Below, piece after piece: positions 1-12,600 of a stretch of DNA of 64,000 nt. The stretch covers positions 76,756,001 through 76,820,000 of the forward strand of contig OZ296654.1 in NCBI GenBank assembly GCA_965655095.1, given 5' to 3'. Each line of letters begins with the position of its first letter. Positions within the stretch are counted from its first letter, which is position 1. The position numbers were made by a program, and so were the translations under genes. Source of the DNA: Haplodiscus bocki. Its lineage: Eukaryota. The notes beneath the pieces were generated by a model. That model saw only the letters and a program-made list of their open reading frames with translations. It ran no database searches and was not told the DNA's origin.

Positions 1-3000
1 TCGCTTTTGACAGCACCCAAAGCAGCATTCTTTAAGGAGTAGTTCAGTTCAATTCCAACAACAAGGCAACTTTCGACAACTGGAAAAAGTTCCAAGTTTT
101 AGAGGCTTTCAGTCTCCGACCGCAACAGTGTTAAGCCCGGGTAAGGTTAGGGACCGCAAAGAAATTTTCCATTAATTGTAGAAGTGTCTGTAAAAATTGC
201 TGCTCATGGAGAAATTGGCGGTTTTTTGTGGTTTTAGAATACACGGAAAATGGTAATGTACATGAAGATGTCGAGTACCGCTACGGATACACGAAGCCAA
301 AATATACGAAGTACATGTAAAATATTTAGTACAGTTAAATATTTTAGCATGGAAGTGAACCCCATAAACAGACCTTTTCAGAACACAATATGTTTTTGAA
401 AATTTTAGTTCCAAAAGTTTCCTACAACTTCATCTAATTCACAAGAGTTTTCCCTTGAATCTGTGTTACCATTAAAACAAAAGTTAGTTTTGTGGGTTTT
501 TTCATTTTGGCAACTTGTTCCTTTCCAAAATATCTGCAGAGCGATTCAATGGCAAAAAAGTTCGAGAAAAATCCAGTTTTTTTGTCAATTTTGCATCAGA
601 AGACTACTTTGCAAATTTTTCATTCACGCGTACCCTGACTCAAATTTATCAATGTAACTAATTGAAACTATTTTTGCGGTTCTGAGAAAAGATCGAAGAC
701 ATCACTGGAGAGTTCATCTCTGGTGAACTTGCAAAAAATTGCACCTCACGAAACTCGATGCCTCGACTTTTTACGAGTTCTTTCACTTTTCTGTACTTTG
801 CACCCAATGACTTCATGGGAGTTTGCTATCATAGTGCCATATCAATCTTGCTTCAATCAATCCTGAAGTTTTGGTTCGCGAAACAGAACTTTGTTTTTTT
901 TGAACTTCTCTGATTGATTTTTTTCATTTTGCGCACTTACTACTGGTTTCACGTATTGTTAGGCTTTGCCCACTTTGAGAATACTTTTTCACCTACTTAG
1001 GGACTAAAGGACGACTTTGGATCCAAGATTAGAAGTTAATAGTTCCCCCTTCTTTGAGTTTTCTCCGAATTTTGTATTCGCTTCATTTTTTCGAACACAA
1101 TTCAAATATTTTTCGACAATGTTTGTCCTTCCAACTCTTTCGAAGATACCAGAAAAGCTACGAAACGGCATCGAAGGTGAATGCGTTGTGTTGGCTTAAG
1201 CTTTTCATTTGTTTCGAGCTCCCGTTGCAAATGAATGGGATATCTTGTGACCACATCTGTTACCCACGCAGCAAAAGAATCCACGATGATAGCGTCTAGC
1301 TGACGATAAATTGTTGAAAAACATGTTCTCTTTTTCCATAGATGATCCTCACTCTGTTCTGATGACTTTCTGTGTTATTTTACGTTCATTTTCTCAAAAA
1401 GACCAATTGTTTTTTCTACTGGTTTTCATATCAATATTTTTGCAAAAGTCATTGCAAGCTTCTGGCGACGAAAGTTACTGTACTACCACTGCGTTTTTTC
1501 GTTCGTTTCCATTCAGTAACATACGATTAGATGCTGCATATGCCATTGAGTGTCTTTTACAAAGTTGTTGCAAAGCGCAAAAAAAAACGCTGAGTTGTTT
1601 TTCGTTCGTAGATCTGAATTATCTGCAAACGAAATCATAAAAGAATGAGCGCAACCCTTTTCAAACGAATAAATGAGAACTTAGGCGCAAATAGCTATGT
1701 GCTTTGGCTTTGGCGTGCATTGCTCTGTTCATAACACATCAGTTGGCGAATATGTATTAGTGCCAGAGAAGGTTGCGTTGCCTCAAACGAGCAAAAACAC
1801 CAAAAAGAACCATCTACTTTTGTCTTCGCTTGTTTGAAGTAAAACAATTTCAGGCACTAATACAATTTTGCCATTTGATCTGGCGTAGTTACGGCTGCGC
1901 CCCTTGAAATTAAAAAATTCAGTTTCCAGATATCGAATTCATGAAAAGTGACAATGTTTCTCTCCAAAAACACTTTCACACTACAATTCGATATTTCAGA
2001 ACTCAATTTTTGCCTAATGCGCTAGCCAGTAAACAACGCAAGATTGTCTTCAATGTCGGCTTGCCTTGTACTAGGAGAATTTAGTAGCGGTCCGCGAATC
2101 GTTCAAGTAGCCTTCCAATCAGTTTCAAAAACAAGCAATTTCGCGTATTGACCATCGAACCAATACAACGCACTTAAAGTTTGATACGTCGAAAGTAGGA
2201 TCGTTCTTGATACATGTTGTGACATTTGGCCGAACTGGGACGACTAGCTGCCAAAAAATGGGACTTGAAGAATGGAAAAAACCGCAACCAGCACGTTTTC
2301 CAAGTTTCTTTTGCAGAAAACCTGTGACAGAGTTTTCAGATTGCAACCAAAAAGTGACGAGTCGCTCACCGTAGTCCCGTCCCGTTTATACTTCTATTCA
2401 AAATTTGTGTGATAGTGCATTTTTCATAACGCTTTCGCAGAAGAAACTATCGAAGAGTTTTCGGACCGCAATCAAAGCTGATGAGTCGTGCATCAGACAC
2501 TTTCTGTCACTGCCAGACAAAATTAGGGCCACTCGCAGGCCTGGTTGCTAAGATCTAGATTTCGGATACTTAATTTCCGACAAACAGCCGAAAATACCTT
2601 ATGGTTCTCCCCATGCTCTTCCGCGAAAGCGTTTCGCATATCTTTTGGACAGCAACCAACAACTGACACGATGGGCATGGGAATCTTTTGTTACTTCACT
2701 GCAAATTTCATGTACTTTGGAGGCCCACATGCCAGAATGCAGAACATCAAGTATCGACAAAATAGCCAAAATCAACTCCAAAAAAAACTTTGATAACATT
2801 TTTCGGGCCGCAACCAGTTTGACCAAGTCCTGTATTGGCCTCTTTTTATTACTTCTACGCAAAATACGGAGGAACTGGAGATCTATATCGGGCTTGAAAT
2901 ATGCAATTTGGGACAAAATAGCCAAAACTACCTCGTTTTTCAAGCTTCTTTCGCACACAATACTATCGCAAAGCTTCCGGACCGCAACCAAAAACCAATA

Positions 3001-6000
3001 AGGCATCTCGTGGACTTTTGTTGTTACCGCTAGGCAAAATTAGGACTTGAACTTGTGGGCTAAATAGATAGAAAACTTGTGAATATGAAATTATTGACAA
3101 AACAACCCATATCACCTCGGTTTTCAATGTTTTTTTTTCAAAAGTCACCATAAAATGATTGGAACAGAGTAAAAATTCGGTCAGTGGTTTATTAGATTCT
3201 TTGCGCGACCCTTCTACAAATGACAGAAGAATCTTATAAGTACCAGAAGATATTCTCGGGTCAAACATGTTTTTCACAATGGAGAATGTAAATTGATATT
3301 TCTTCAAAAACTATGATTTTTTGTATATTGGCCTCTATAATATGATTAGCCGTCTTTAGAAACGTGCAAAAAGATTGACTAAGCAACATAAGCTAAGCAA
3401 GGCAGTGTCAGCAGCATACGCTCCACTATCATCAATGGATTCTTACATCATACCCCATTGCCATGCCTGAAAAACGGACACGGGATTGTTTTATTATTTT
3501 CAACTTCGCCTCCCTTGTTAGAAACATCAAGAACTGCAAAAAGATTTTCGACTCCGTTACTTTTTTTTGAGAAAACCTTCGGATTCTTTCTAATGAGGTA
3601 ATTCCTCTCCAGCGAGTGGAAAGTGCACGAGGAATTGGTCAGAAGTACTGTACGAAAGAGCGAACCATGAATAATGATGAAATATTTTTTCTAAAGTTCG
3701 ACATCATAGGCCACAAAAAGGAAAAAATGTGTAATCGTTTTTCTCCAAAGTGTACCTGAACAAGTCGTCGAGCTTTTCATTTGAAAAATTACGCTCAGTA
3801 TGATAAATACAGAATATATTAGCATTCAGAAACTGAAGCAGCAGTGCAAGGAAAAAAACCTAACACGCCAACAATAGGGGTTATCTCATTTCACTCGAAG
3901 CCTTCAAATTAAATAAAAGATTAATTTCCGCTATCTACGATATATGTTCTGCCTTCCAAATTTACTAAAATGCGTTGGAAGAAAAAGAAAGGAAAGTGCA
4001 CTTCTACCAGAAAATTTTCGGAAGCATTTCGGTTTAATATGCTTCTTGTAAAATTTGGTAACTTTTCCTATGACAAAAGAAGATCCGAATGTTGAAAATC
4101 ACGATTTCTTCAGTTTTTTTGAAAAAAAAACAGCTCAATTTTGACGAGAAAATGATTCTTTGAGAAAAGTTTTATTAGACGCATTCTACGGTAAATTTAG
4201 AACAAATTGATGGAAGAAGAATATATTATCTCCGTGTAATTTTTGTTGATCCTGCAGTAGACAGATTTCATGTGAAAATTTGAACGTTGAATGAATGAAT
4301 TTCTTTTCATATACGAAATGCAGGCAGAAAATAATATGGTAGAGTGCAAATTATCCTCTTTGCAAAGTGTTTTCTAATCTGTTATCAACTTCACTCTTTT
4401 TTGCTGAAAATTAATGTCGCTCAATCGGAAAGTCAGTTTTTTATGTCGGGGCTGGAAATGTCCCGACCGAAATATGAAAGTTGGTATATTATTAGAAGGG
4501 CTTTTCGTTTTCTTCAACGCGTGAAACTACGTTTGTTTAAAGTATTCGGATACCAAAATTTTCAATGCGCCATTAGTTTCAAGACCAGGACTAGAGCCGG
4601 GAACGTGAAAAAAAACATTACTATATACGGAGTTGCTTTCGAGAAAAACATATTTATAACCTATTTTTCATTGGAAAAACCATAATTTCTCAAAAAAATG
4701 ACCCCGAAAGATATATATGACCATACGGCCGGCGCGGATTTGGGCCGTTCCCGATTTTTATTGTATAAAGTTCCAATAAATATTGTTTTTGCTTGTCAGT
4801 TTCCAAAGTTTGCAAATCAATGTTGAACTCATTCTTGCTCGTAACAATCTCGACCTATCTGTGACTATATCACAGAACATTCGCGGTCGAAACCATGATA
4901 TGTGTCATGAGACAGAAAACTATTTTCAACGAGTGTCACATTTTGAATACAAAATTTCTGAACAATTCACAACAAAGTTATTGAAAATTTTGTGTATTTT
5001 TGGTTTGTACATTTTTATATCTCGAGCATGACAGCAAGCGGATCCACCAGGATCACGAACTGCTGCCCTATACACAACATATTGAAAATTTTCTTAAATC
5101 AAAAAAGCACACGGGTAGATAGAATCTGGATCAAGAAAAAATGATAGACTAATAGGGAAAGAACTCAGAGATATCGACGAAACAAAAAAAATGGCGATTC
5201 TGATGAAAAATTCGACACCCTTCATAAAACCCCTCTGCAAGTAGATATACCTAGTTGGATTTAAGTTCAAAATTCAATTTTGTTGCCTATTTCTTGACAG
5301 TAACTAGGCGTTAATTATGCACAAACCGATTTAACGTTAGGCCATTTTGATAAAACGAGATCTCTTCTGATTTAATGCACTCTTTTCCTGAAAGTTGTTT
5401 CGGACAAAGTGGTCATTTTCAAGGACAGGAATTTATTTCCGACCACGATATTGATAAACGTTGGGCACTCATTTTCCTGGAACAACGCTCTGTTCAACCA
5501 ATTTTTTCTATTTAAGTGTTTTGTATTTTCGGAAAGTTTTTCATCTCTTTGTTAGCTGTATGAGAAAATTGTGATTCAAAAACGTACAAATAGTTTCAGC
5601 GACTGTCAGCGACCTTTTTTTACTTACTAGATTGTAATACGAACAAACTTCAAAAGTTCATCAACAAACAAATCAAACACTGTTGGATCGTTGATGCTAA
5701 TCGACGAACGCAAAAACACTTTCGGTGTTTTAGAAGCGAAAGCAGTCAGATAAGTTCGTTTGGAAGCTTCAGCAGTGAATCAAGTGCTGAAGTTTTCTTG
5801 CAACCGTACATCAAATTGCCAAAATGAACAAAAATTGTGAAGTTTGAATCCATTTGTTTCAAAAGCACTTTTTTGGAATGCAATGTCTCACTTCTGAAAA
5901 GACTTCACAATGTCTTCCCAAGTGAACACCGATAGATTGTATATGAATGGAGGAAAAAAGTTTGTCGTTCACGTGAACTGCAAAATTTTCACCAATTTTC

Positions 6001-6069
6001 AGAAGTTCAAGGAACTCATTAATGGAAAAAGGACCGCTAAGTTTTTACACAAAGAGGCGCGGCTTGCTA

Positions 6070-6400
6070 ATTACGTATCTTTTTGAATTGTCTTTCTAAA
6101 GGTCAACCAGAGAGCATTAGCACTCAACCACTTATCTATATTCGTTATATCATTCTTCCTCTGTGTAGTTGATTGGGACTAGGTGACCATCATCAACGAA
6201 TTAGCAGGCTTGATTTATTGAAATAAGTTGGCAAGGCGTTGACTTCCAACAAGATGAAAAAGGGGCTTAGGAAGGATCTCTGCGGTATCCTGCAATTTTT
6301 TTGACAGTTTGATGTAACGGTATTCACGTGAACGCAAAAGTTTCAATCAGTCAAGTGGTTTTCCATCCCAGCGAGAGATTTTCTTCTCATATCCTGTCAT
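6070..6400 (-). pseudogene. Non-LTR retrotransposon (LINE, CR1/L2-like) reverse transcriptase fragment
   Basis: Minus-strand translation across frameshifts gives NHLTD*NFCVHVNTVTS, then RIPQRSFLSPFFILLEVNALP (cf. [21 protein letters not shown]), FVDDG (cf. FADD) and NDITNIDKWLSANAL (cf. DLxxIxxWLxxNKL). Order and spacing match LINE RT domains 4-6. Confidence 0.75.
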
Positions 6401-6519
6401 TCTGAATTATGTAAAAGCGTAAGGAAAACAAAAATGAATACAAACGAATACAAAAAATGATTTTTTGTATTGGGCGTTGTCTTCAGGCCCTGAAAACAAC
6501 TGGTGACTTTGTTGATAGT

Positions 6520-6990
6520 ACAACTATTGCGTGTTTATCGCACTTGTTTGGCAACAGCAACAATTGTACTATGCTTTCTTCGAAACGGAACTGATGAACA
6601 AGAAATTAAGAAAAGGACTCGAGATTTGATTACAAAACTGATCATCATGAAAAAAAAGACTCGAATTACGGAGAAACGGAGTTGGAACAACATTCGCTTG
6701 TAAATTTTGTCCATACAACATGCAGCGAGCTTTCCTTTTGCTAGTTTACATCACCGTTCAATCCAAGTTTAGGCAGGACAAAGACTTTTGCATACGACAA
6801 AGACGTTGACACTTCACCAATCCAAAAACAACTGAAACTTAACTGAACTACATGCTTAGCGAAAATACCGAACTAATTTAACACCCAAATGTTAGTGACA
6901 CCATCTACAAGACAAAATGATTTGTTACCATAGATTTGATGTTTATCGAAGTTTTAAACATTTGTTGGATACCGAATTCGACTATGGTGG
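6520..6990 (+). pseudogene. Possible decayed APE-type endonuclease fragment of a LINE
   Basis: Weak motif remnants in the expected order: FFETEL (cf. xETWL), RNGVG (cf. RGGGV), LLVY, DKDVD (cf. GDxNxD), TPSTR and IDLMF (cf. PTR...IDxxF). Very degenerate. Confidence 0.25.
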
Positions 6991-9688
6991 TTGATGACCT
7001 CAAGCGTAACAGGTTTTTTTTCTTTGTATCTGCTCTTTCAGAGTTGGTCCGACGTTACCAAGTGATCACTTAACTCACGTCCTACAGCAATAGTTCTAAT
7101 TTGGCACAATTCTTGCTTCCTCGTGGGACAACGAGTCTTTCTACAAAGTTTTTCTTTAAGTAATGAAGAAACTTTTACAGTTGTCTTTAGTTGCCAATAG
7201 TTTTTGCTTAATTTACAGATATTGTTTCCATTCATTCTCTTAAGCACTCCTTCCAAATTTTCCCACGCATTTCCAAACCGTTGCAAAATCGTTGTCTTTG
7301 CTGCAGTCGACAAAATCAGTTCTAGTTTTGTCCGATGTCCGAAAAACATTATTGATCAGACGCACAACCGCTTTCTCCGGAATTGAACTCCCCTACAGTC
7401 TGATTCCGAGAAAATTGTGTCTTTAAAGTATCGCGTTTCAGTTTTCAATCTGAAAAAAACATCGAATAGGAGAACAAGTGGAAAATGATGACTGTATCTC
7501 TGATCTACCAGGACATACATAGTATTGAATTTCATATTGCGTACGATAAAATAATTGGGGCACGATTCAGACATTGGAGTAAATCTAGTGCGTTTTTGAT
7601 GACAAAAAACAAATCTATCTGTTCGGCTTGACTCGGTCATTTCGATGTTAAAATCTCTTTAGACACTTACTTAGTCGAATTTCACAATGAGGTGTTTTAG
7701 TCTTTCCTCCAGTTTTTTTAAGAAAGCTCCCGTTTTTACTCCGAGCAGATTCTAAACATAAAAAGCACGTTTTCGCTAGTTTAAATTTGAAATTGGCAGA
7801 GTGGTTTTCTACCATTGTGCAGTCAATCACCGCGAGCTAACTCACGTCACGGTTTAGTTCAACCATTCTCCATAAAACGTCAGCTGCTTCTTAATTTAGT
7901 CAAGCAGGTTTTGTTTTTCCCTACCTTGCACAAATTAAGCTAGCCTGCCCCGTTCTACTGCGTTTCAATCGGACATTTTCAGCGCGGTGACGCTCCAACA
8001 CAAGTTGTCATCGTATGTAACTCTTCATGATGTGTTTGTAAAGATTTTTATTTTCTTTGCAACAACTCCAGTGTTCCAGCTCAAAATCTTCATGAACATC
8101 GGTCGATGTATCTCTGGTCAATTTCAAATTCATCCTGTCGCAAAAGTTTTTCTCCGTTTTTGTCAACATCCAACTTTCACATTTCGAGTACCTCCTACAA
8201 GCCCCGTCAGAAAACCAGCAAACCTTCTTTGTTACTCCTTCCGTCACTACATATCTTCTAAAAATTTTTTTGTTCAGCTTTCATTTTCTCGCCTTTTCTT
8301 CAAAAGAGGGAGTCTTGTTACCCATAGCGTACTTGGATGACAGTTCCGTTTCTGGACTTGGTTGACACGGGACTTTTGTTTTTTGTCAATTTCTTGCTGC
8401 TTGTGTATAAATGAACTTGAGACAGCACTAATTTAGAGTTCCACAAAACATTGCAATGATACTTGTTATTTGCATTTGCACCATCGAAGCAGAGTCCTTC
8501 GACCAATTTTTTCCATGAAAGATTCAACCTGCTAACTTTTTGTCGAAATACAACGGTTTTACCTTTCATGGAAGTTTGTGATCTGGAAAGAGACGCTTAC
8601 TCGATCACAATTTTTGTTTTTATTAAGTGAGCTACCCAATATTGAGGAGTGGATTTTCTAAGGAGTCCCTTCCCAATTGATGACATGCTTTGATATCACT
8701 GGTCTCTAGTCGGACGTCCAAGATTTTTTGAAATAACTCAGCAGCCTTTTGATTGTTTGAATCCTTGCAGTTAACGGATAAGTTCGGATAGAATAGACAA
8801 CTTCTGGATTTGTATCGTTCAAGTTGAGTATTTTGCAGTCTCCGCTAATAAATTTCAGGTTTGATTTGAGCTGTTCTCGTTGTCCTGCCTCATTTTCCGC
8901 GACAGGGCCAAATGAGGCTTTTTTGTGGTTTAGTCAAAACTTTCAAACTCAAGCAGAATTGTCACTCCAGCTTCCATGCCTGAGTGGTTTATTTCTGAAA
9001 CAAGTTTTTTAAAAAAGCCTCCTTAGTTAAATATTCTCCAGGAAAACAACACTTTAAAAGGCACATCACAACAGCATGCTTGCTCATTTTCATTTAGGTA
9101 GGACTCGCTTAGACACTACTGAAGTTTTAACTTTTTGATAAAGCCCAGATCTCTTAGGAAGTCAGCAGCTTCTCTGTTAGTTTAAGAGTCGAACTCGCGT
9201 AGAAACAAAGACCGCAATATTGCAGCAACCACTCTGATATAAAAAAATTACAAGTTTAGTGTAGGAAAAAGGAACAAGACGTAGACGCTACTCGTCAAGC
9301 TCAAAAATTTTTGGAGCACTCGTTTTGTGGAAACGTGTCTTCCGACAACAACCTAAAAAAACCACGTCTCTCCTCAAAAAAGTCTGTGAAAGAAACCAAA
9401 ACTCCCTCGAGACGTGCGCGTTGGTATGATAAACAGTGCCGGCGAACCACGTCCATCAAAAAATATCAATAACTTCGAGAAAAAGGAAGTTTCTGCCCAA
9501 ACTACTTAAAATGATGGCGCACATAAAGGGGTAACGTGAAAGTTTTTTTTGAAACATGGGAAAGTGATCGACAACTCGAAAGTGGCTTCCACTTTAGCCT
9601 TTACGTGGAAATTTCCCTAGTATTTTTTGTCTTGGAGGTTTTTTAGCACGTTCAAACTTTGTAATGAATACCATTATTACAAACTTTT

Positions 9689-12600
9689 ACATCACAATGT
9701 CCAAAAGTCTGAATCTATTAACATAGCCGGAAAAAAAACGAAAAAAGGTTTCTCCAGTTTGAATAAAAAAGTTGACTTACAATTATTCTGTATGGTCAAA
9801 TTTCTCATAAAATCTAACAACGAATATGAGAAGGTTTACATTTTTTATCAACGTGATGGTTCTTCTCACTGTTTCAGGTCACTTCCTTCAATTTTACCTT
9901 TTCAAAGGAAAACTTAACCAATACTAACAATATTGGGCAAAACATGAAATGTTTTGGAAGAATTGGACCACCCAGAGCTCTTTCAGTCTTAACACACTTT
10001 GCAAAAAAATGCTTCATAGGCTGGAAGGAGTTGAGAGCCGGTCAAAACAAGTAATTTCAAATAGAGGAAGATTCAAGCTGCAAGTGAACAAAGTTATAGC
10101 CAAAATTTTCCTCAACGAAGCGTTTTGGCAACAACAGCTAAAAAGTTTGTTTCTTCAGAGCTCGACCAATTAAGGCAGTAAAAAATGAAACAACCGTATA
10201 CGGCGTGAAGTTTTAGCATGTAAGACAGACGAGCAGAAGTTGTCGCGAGAACTCAAAACTTCATATTAATGGCCACTTTCGAAGCACCAAAGGAGCTTAT
10301 CTTCAAAACCATCAGTGAAAAACGGCAAAAGCCTAATTTTGAGTTTTATTCAAGAGGAATGCAGGTCACATTCTTGGTCGACATGTAAGGAAAGCTGACA
10401 AACCAGAAAAATTGAACAATTAGCAAGGTGTAACCTAAAAAACCGCACCAAAAACCAGAAACAGAGGACAATTCCAAGGTTTTGAAAAGTCACCTTTTTC
10501 ATTGGTTGAATATAGGTTTGCGACCGAAAATTGATCTAGGAGCCAAAATAACGAAGTGTGGATTCGAAGTCGAAAAGTTATGTTGCTTTTTTTAATTTAC
10601 CATGAAGCACCAAAAAGCATTCTTTTTTCAAATAAATGAAGTATTCTTGCAACTTTGGCGAACTGTAGCTTTTTAGCGGCTTTTGAGCTGCAACACTTTT
10701 AGAAGAACCTGAAGCAAATGAAACATTTTTGGTGATGTTCTTGTGGGAGAACGGTAATTGTGGCGATTAAAAGGGTTCAAAATGTTTCCCAAAAAAAGAC
10801 AATATACTTCATTGGTTTTCCAAAAACTTTTGTTCCTCGACATGGCAAAACACCTTTGTGACAAAACATCCAGCTGAGAAATAATAACAGAAAAACACAG
10901 ACAAAACTTGGGCTCCTTCTTTTGTTGTCTGATCTATGACAAATCTCAAGCATGAGTGATTTTGACCAAAGTTTGTTGTGTTTCTCAAGAAGAGTGGCAA
11001 CATGGAGTTCAAAATACTAAAACAATCTAATTTGCAAACAGAGAGCCAGATTTGAACTAAGTTTTAGAACCCAGTGAGACATCAGCTAGTTGTTACAAAG
11101 AAAAGTTCAGTGGAGAGAAAAATTCAATCACACAAAAGATGCCACCAGGGTCCGAAGATACTCACAAACAACTTTAGCGGAATCACAAAATGGTTGAATC
11201 TTTGCGTCGCTGAAAGACAAAGCAAGTGTGTGACACTGCGTTGCTACCATATGGACAAAGCAATGGCTGATTTTACGTGTATATCGCAATGTCCGAAAAT
11301 TTGAATCTAATAACATAGCCAGAAAAAGAACAAAAAAGTGTTTCTACAGTTTAGTTAAAAAATGACTCACAAATGATCTGTTTGGACAAAATTTTCACAA
11401 GTTTTAACAACGAACATGAGGAAGTTTACATTCTTCAACAAGTTGATGGTTCTTCTCAATGTTTCAAGTCGCTCCTTTAATTTTCATCTTTTCAAAGTAA
11501 ACCATATGCAATACTAGCAAAATTCGGCAAAACTTAAAACACTTTCGAAGAATTGGACCACCCACAGCTCTCTCAGTATTAATATTCTTTGCGAAAAAGT
11601 TTCAAAGATTGTGAACGATGTAAGAACCGGTCAGAAAATGCAATTACAAAGAAAGAAAAGTTCAAGACGTCATTGAACAAGCTTGTAGCCAAACTTTTTT
11701 TGACGAAACATTTCTGCAACAACAGGTAAAAAACGAACCCATCACGGCTCGACTATTTCGAGGAAGTGAAAAATCAAACTTTCCTATCAGAGAAAAATCA
11801 TTAGTTTTAACTGTCTCTTTAGGTTTTTTTTTGGTTGAACTTTCAGAAGAATTGTAAAAATGAACAGTTCCAGTTTCTTTGAGTGAAGTTATAGCGTGGA
11901 AAATCGTTTTGAAAGATAGACGAAGCAAAGTTTTCGGCAGAACGCATAATTTCGTTTTATGGCCACTTTCGGAGCACCAACAGAGCTCATCTTCAAAACA
12001 TTGGTGAGAAGAGGCAAAGGTTTACTTTTGAGTTGTTTTCATGAGGAACGCAAGTCGGAATTTTGATCGAAATGTCAAGAGAGCTGAAAAACCAGAATGA
12101 TTGAAAAGTTAGCAATGTAAGACATAAATCACTTCACCAAAACCAGAAGCAGATCATAAATCAATTGTTCTAAGACGCCACTTCTTTTCATTTGTCGAAG
12201 GTGAATTTGCGACTGAAAAATGATCCGGAAGCCAAAATACGAAATTGTGAGTCGAAATCGAAGAGCTTCGTTGTTTTCCTTAACTTACCATAAAACATCA
12301 AAAAACCATTCAAATTTTACAAAACTGATGAAATCTTGCAACTTTGGCAAACTGTAGCTTTTTAGCGGCTTTTGAGCCGCAACACTTCAAGAAAACCTGA
12401 AGCAAAAGTAACATTTTTGGTGATGTCTTTCTGGAAGAAGGGGATTTGTGGCGATTAAAAGGGTTCAAAATGTTTCCCAGTAAAAGAGAATCTACTTCAT
12501 TTGTTTTCCAAAAACTTTTGTTCCTCGACATGGCAAAACACCTTTGTGACAAAACATCCAGCTAAGAAATAATAACAGAAAAACACAGACAAAACTTGGG

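Noticed and set aside
172-3307. Host protein-coding exons
   Set aside because: The short ORFs have no recognisable domain and no supportable splice structure.
3900-4780. Non-autonomous DNA transposon or regulatory hairpins (gtcggg...cccgac at 4445-4467; GC-rich patch at ~4725-4750)
   Set aside because: The stems are too short to exceed chance, and no terminal repeats or target-site duplication could be defined.
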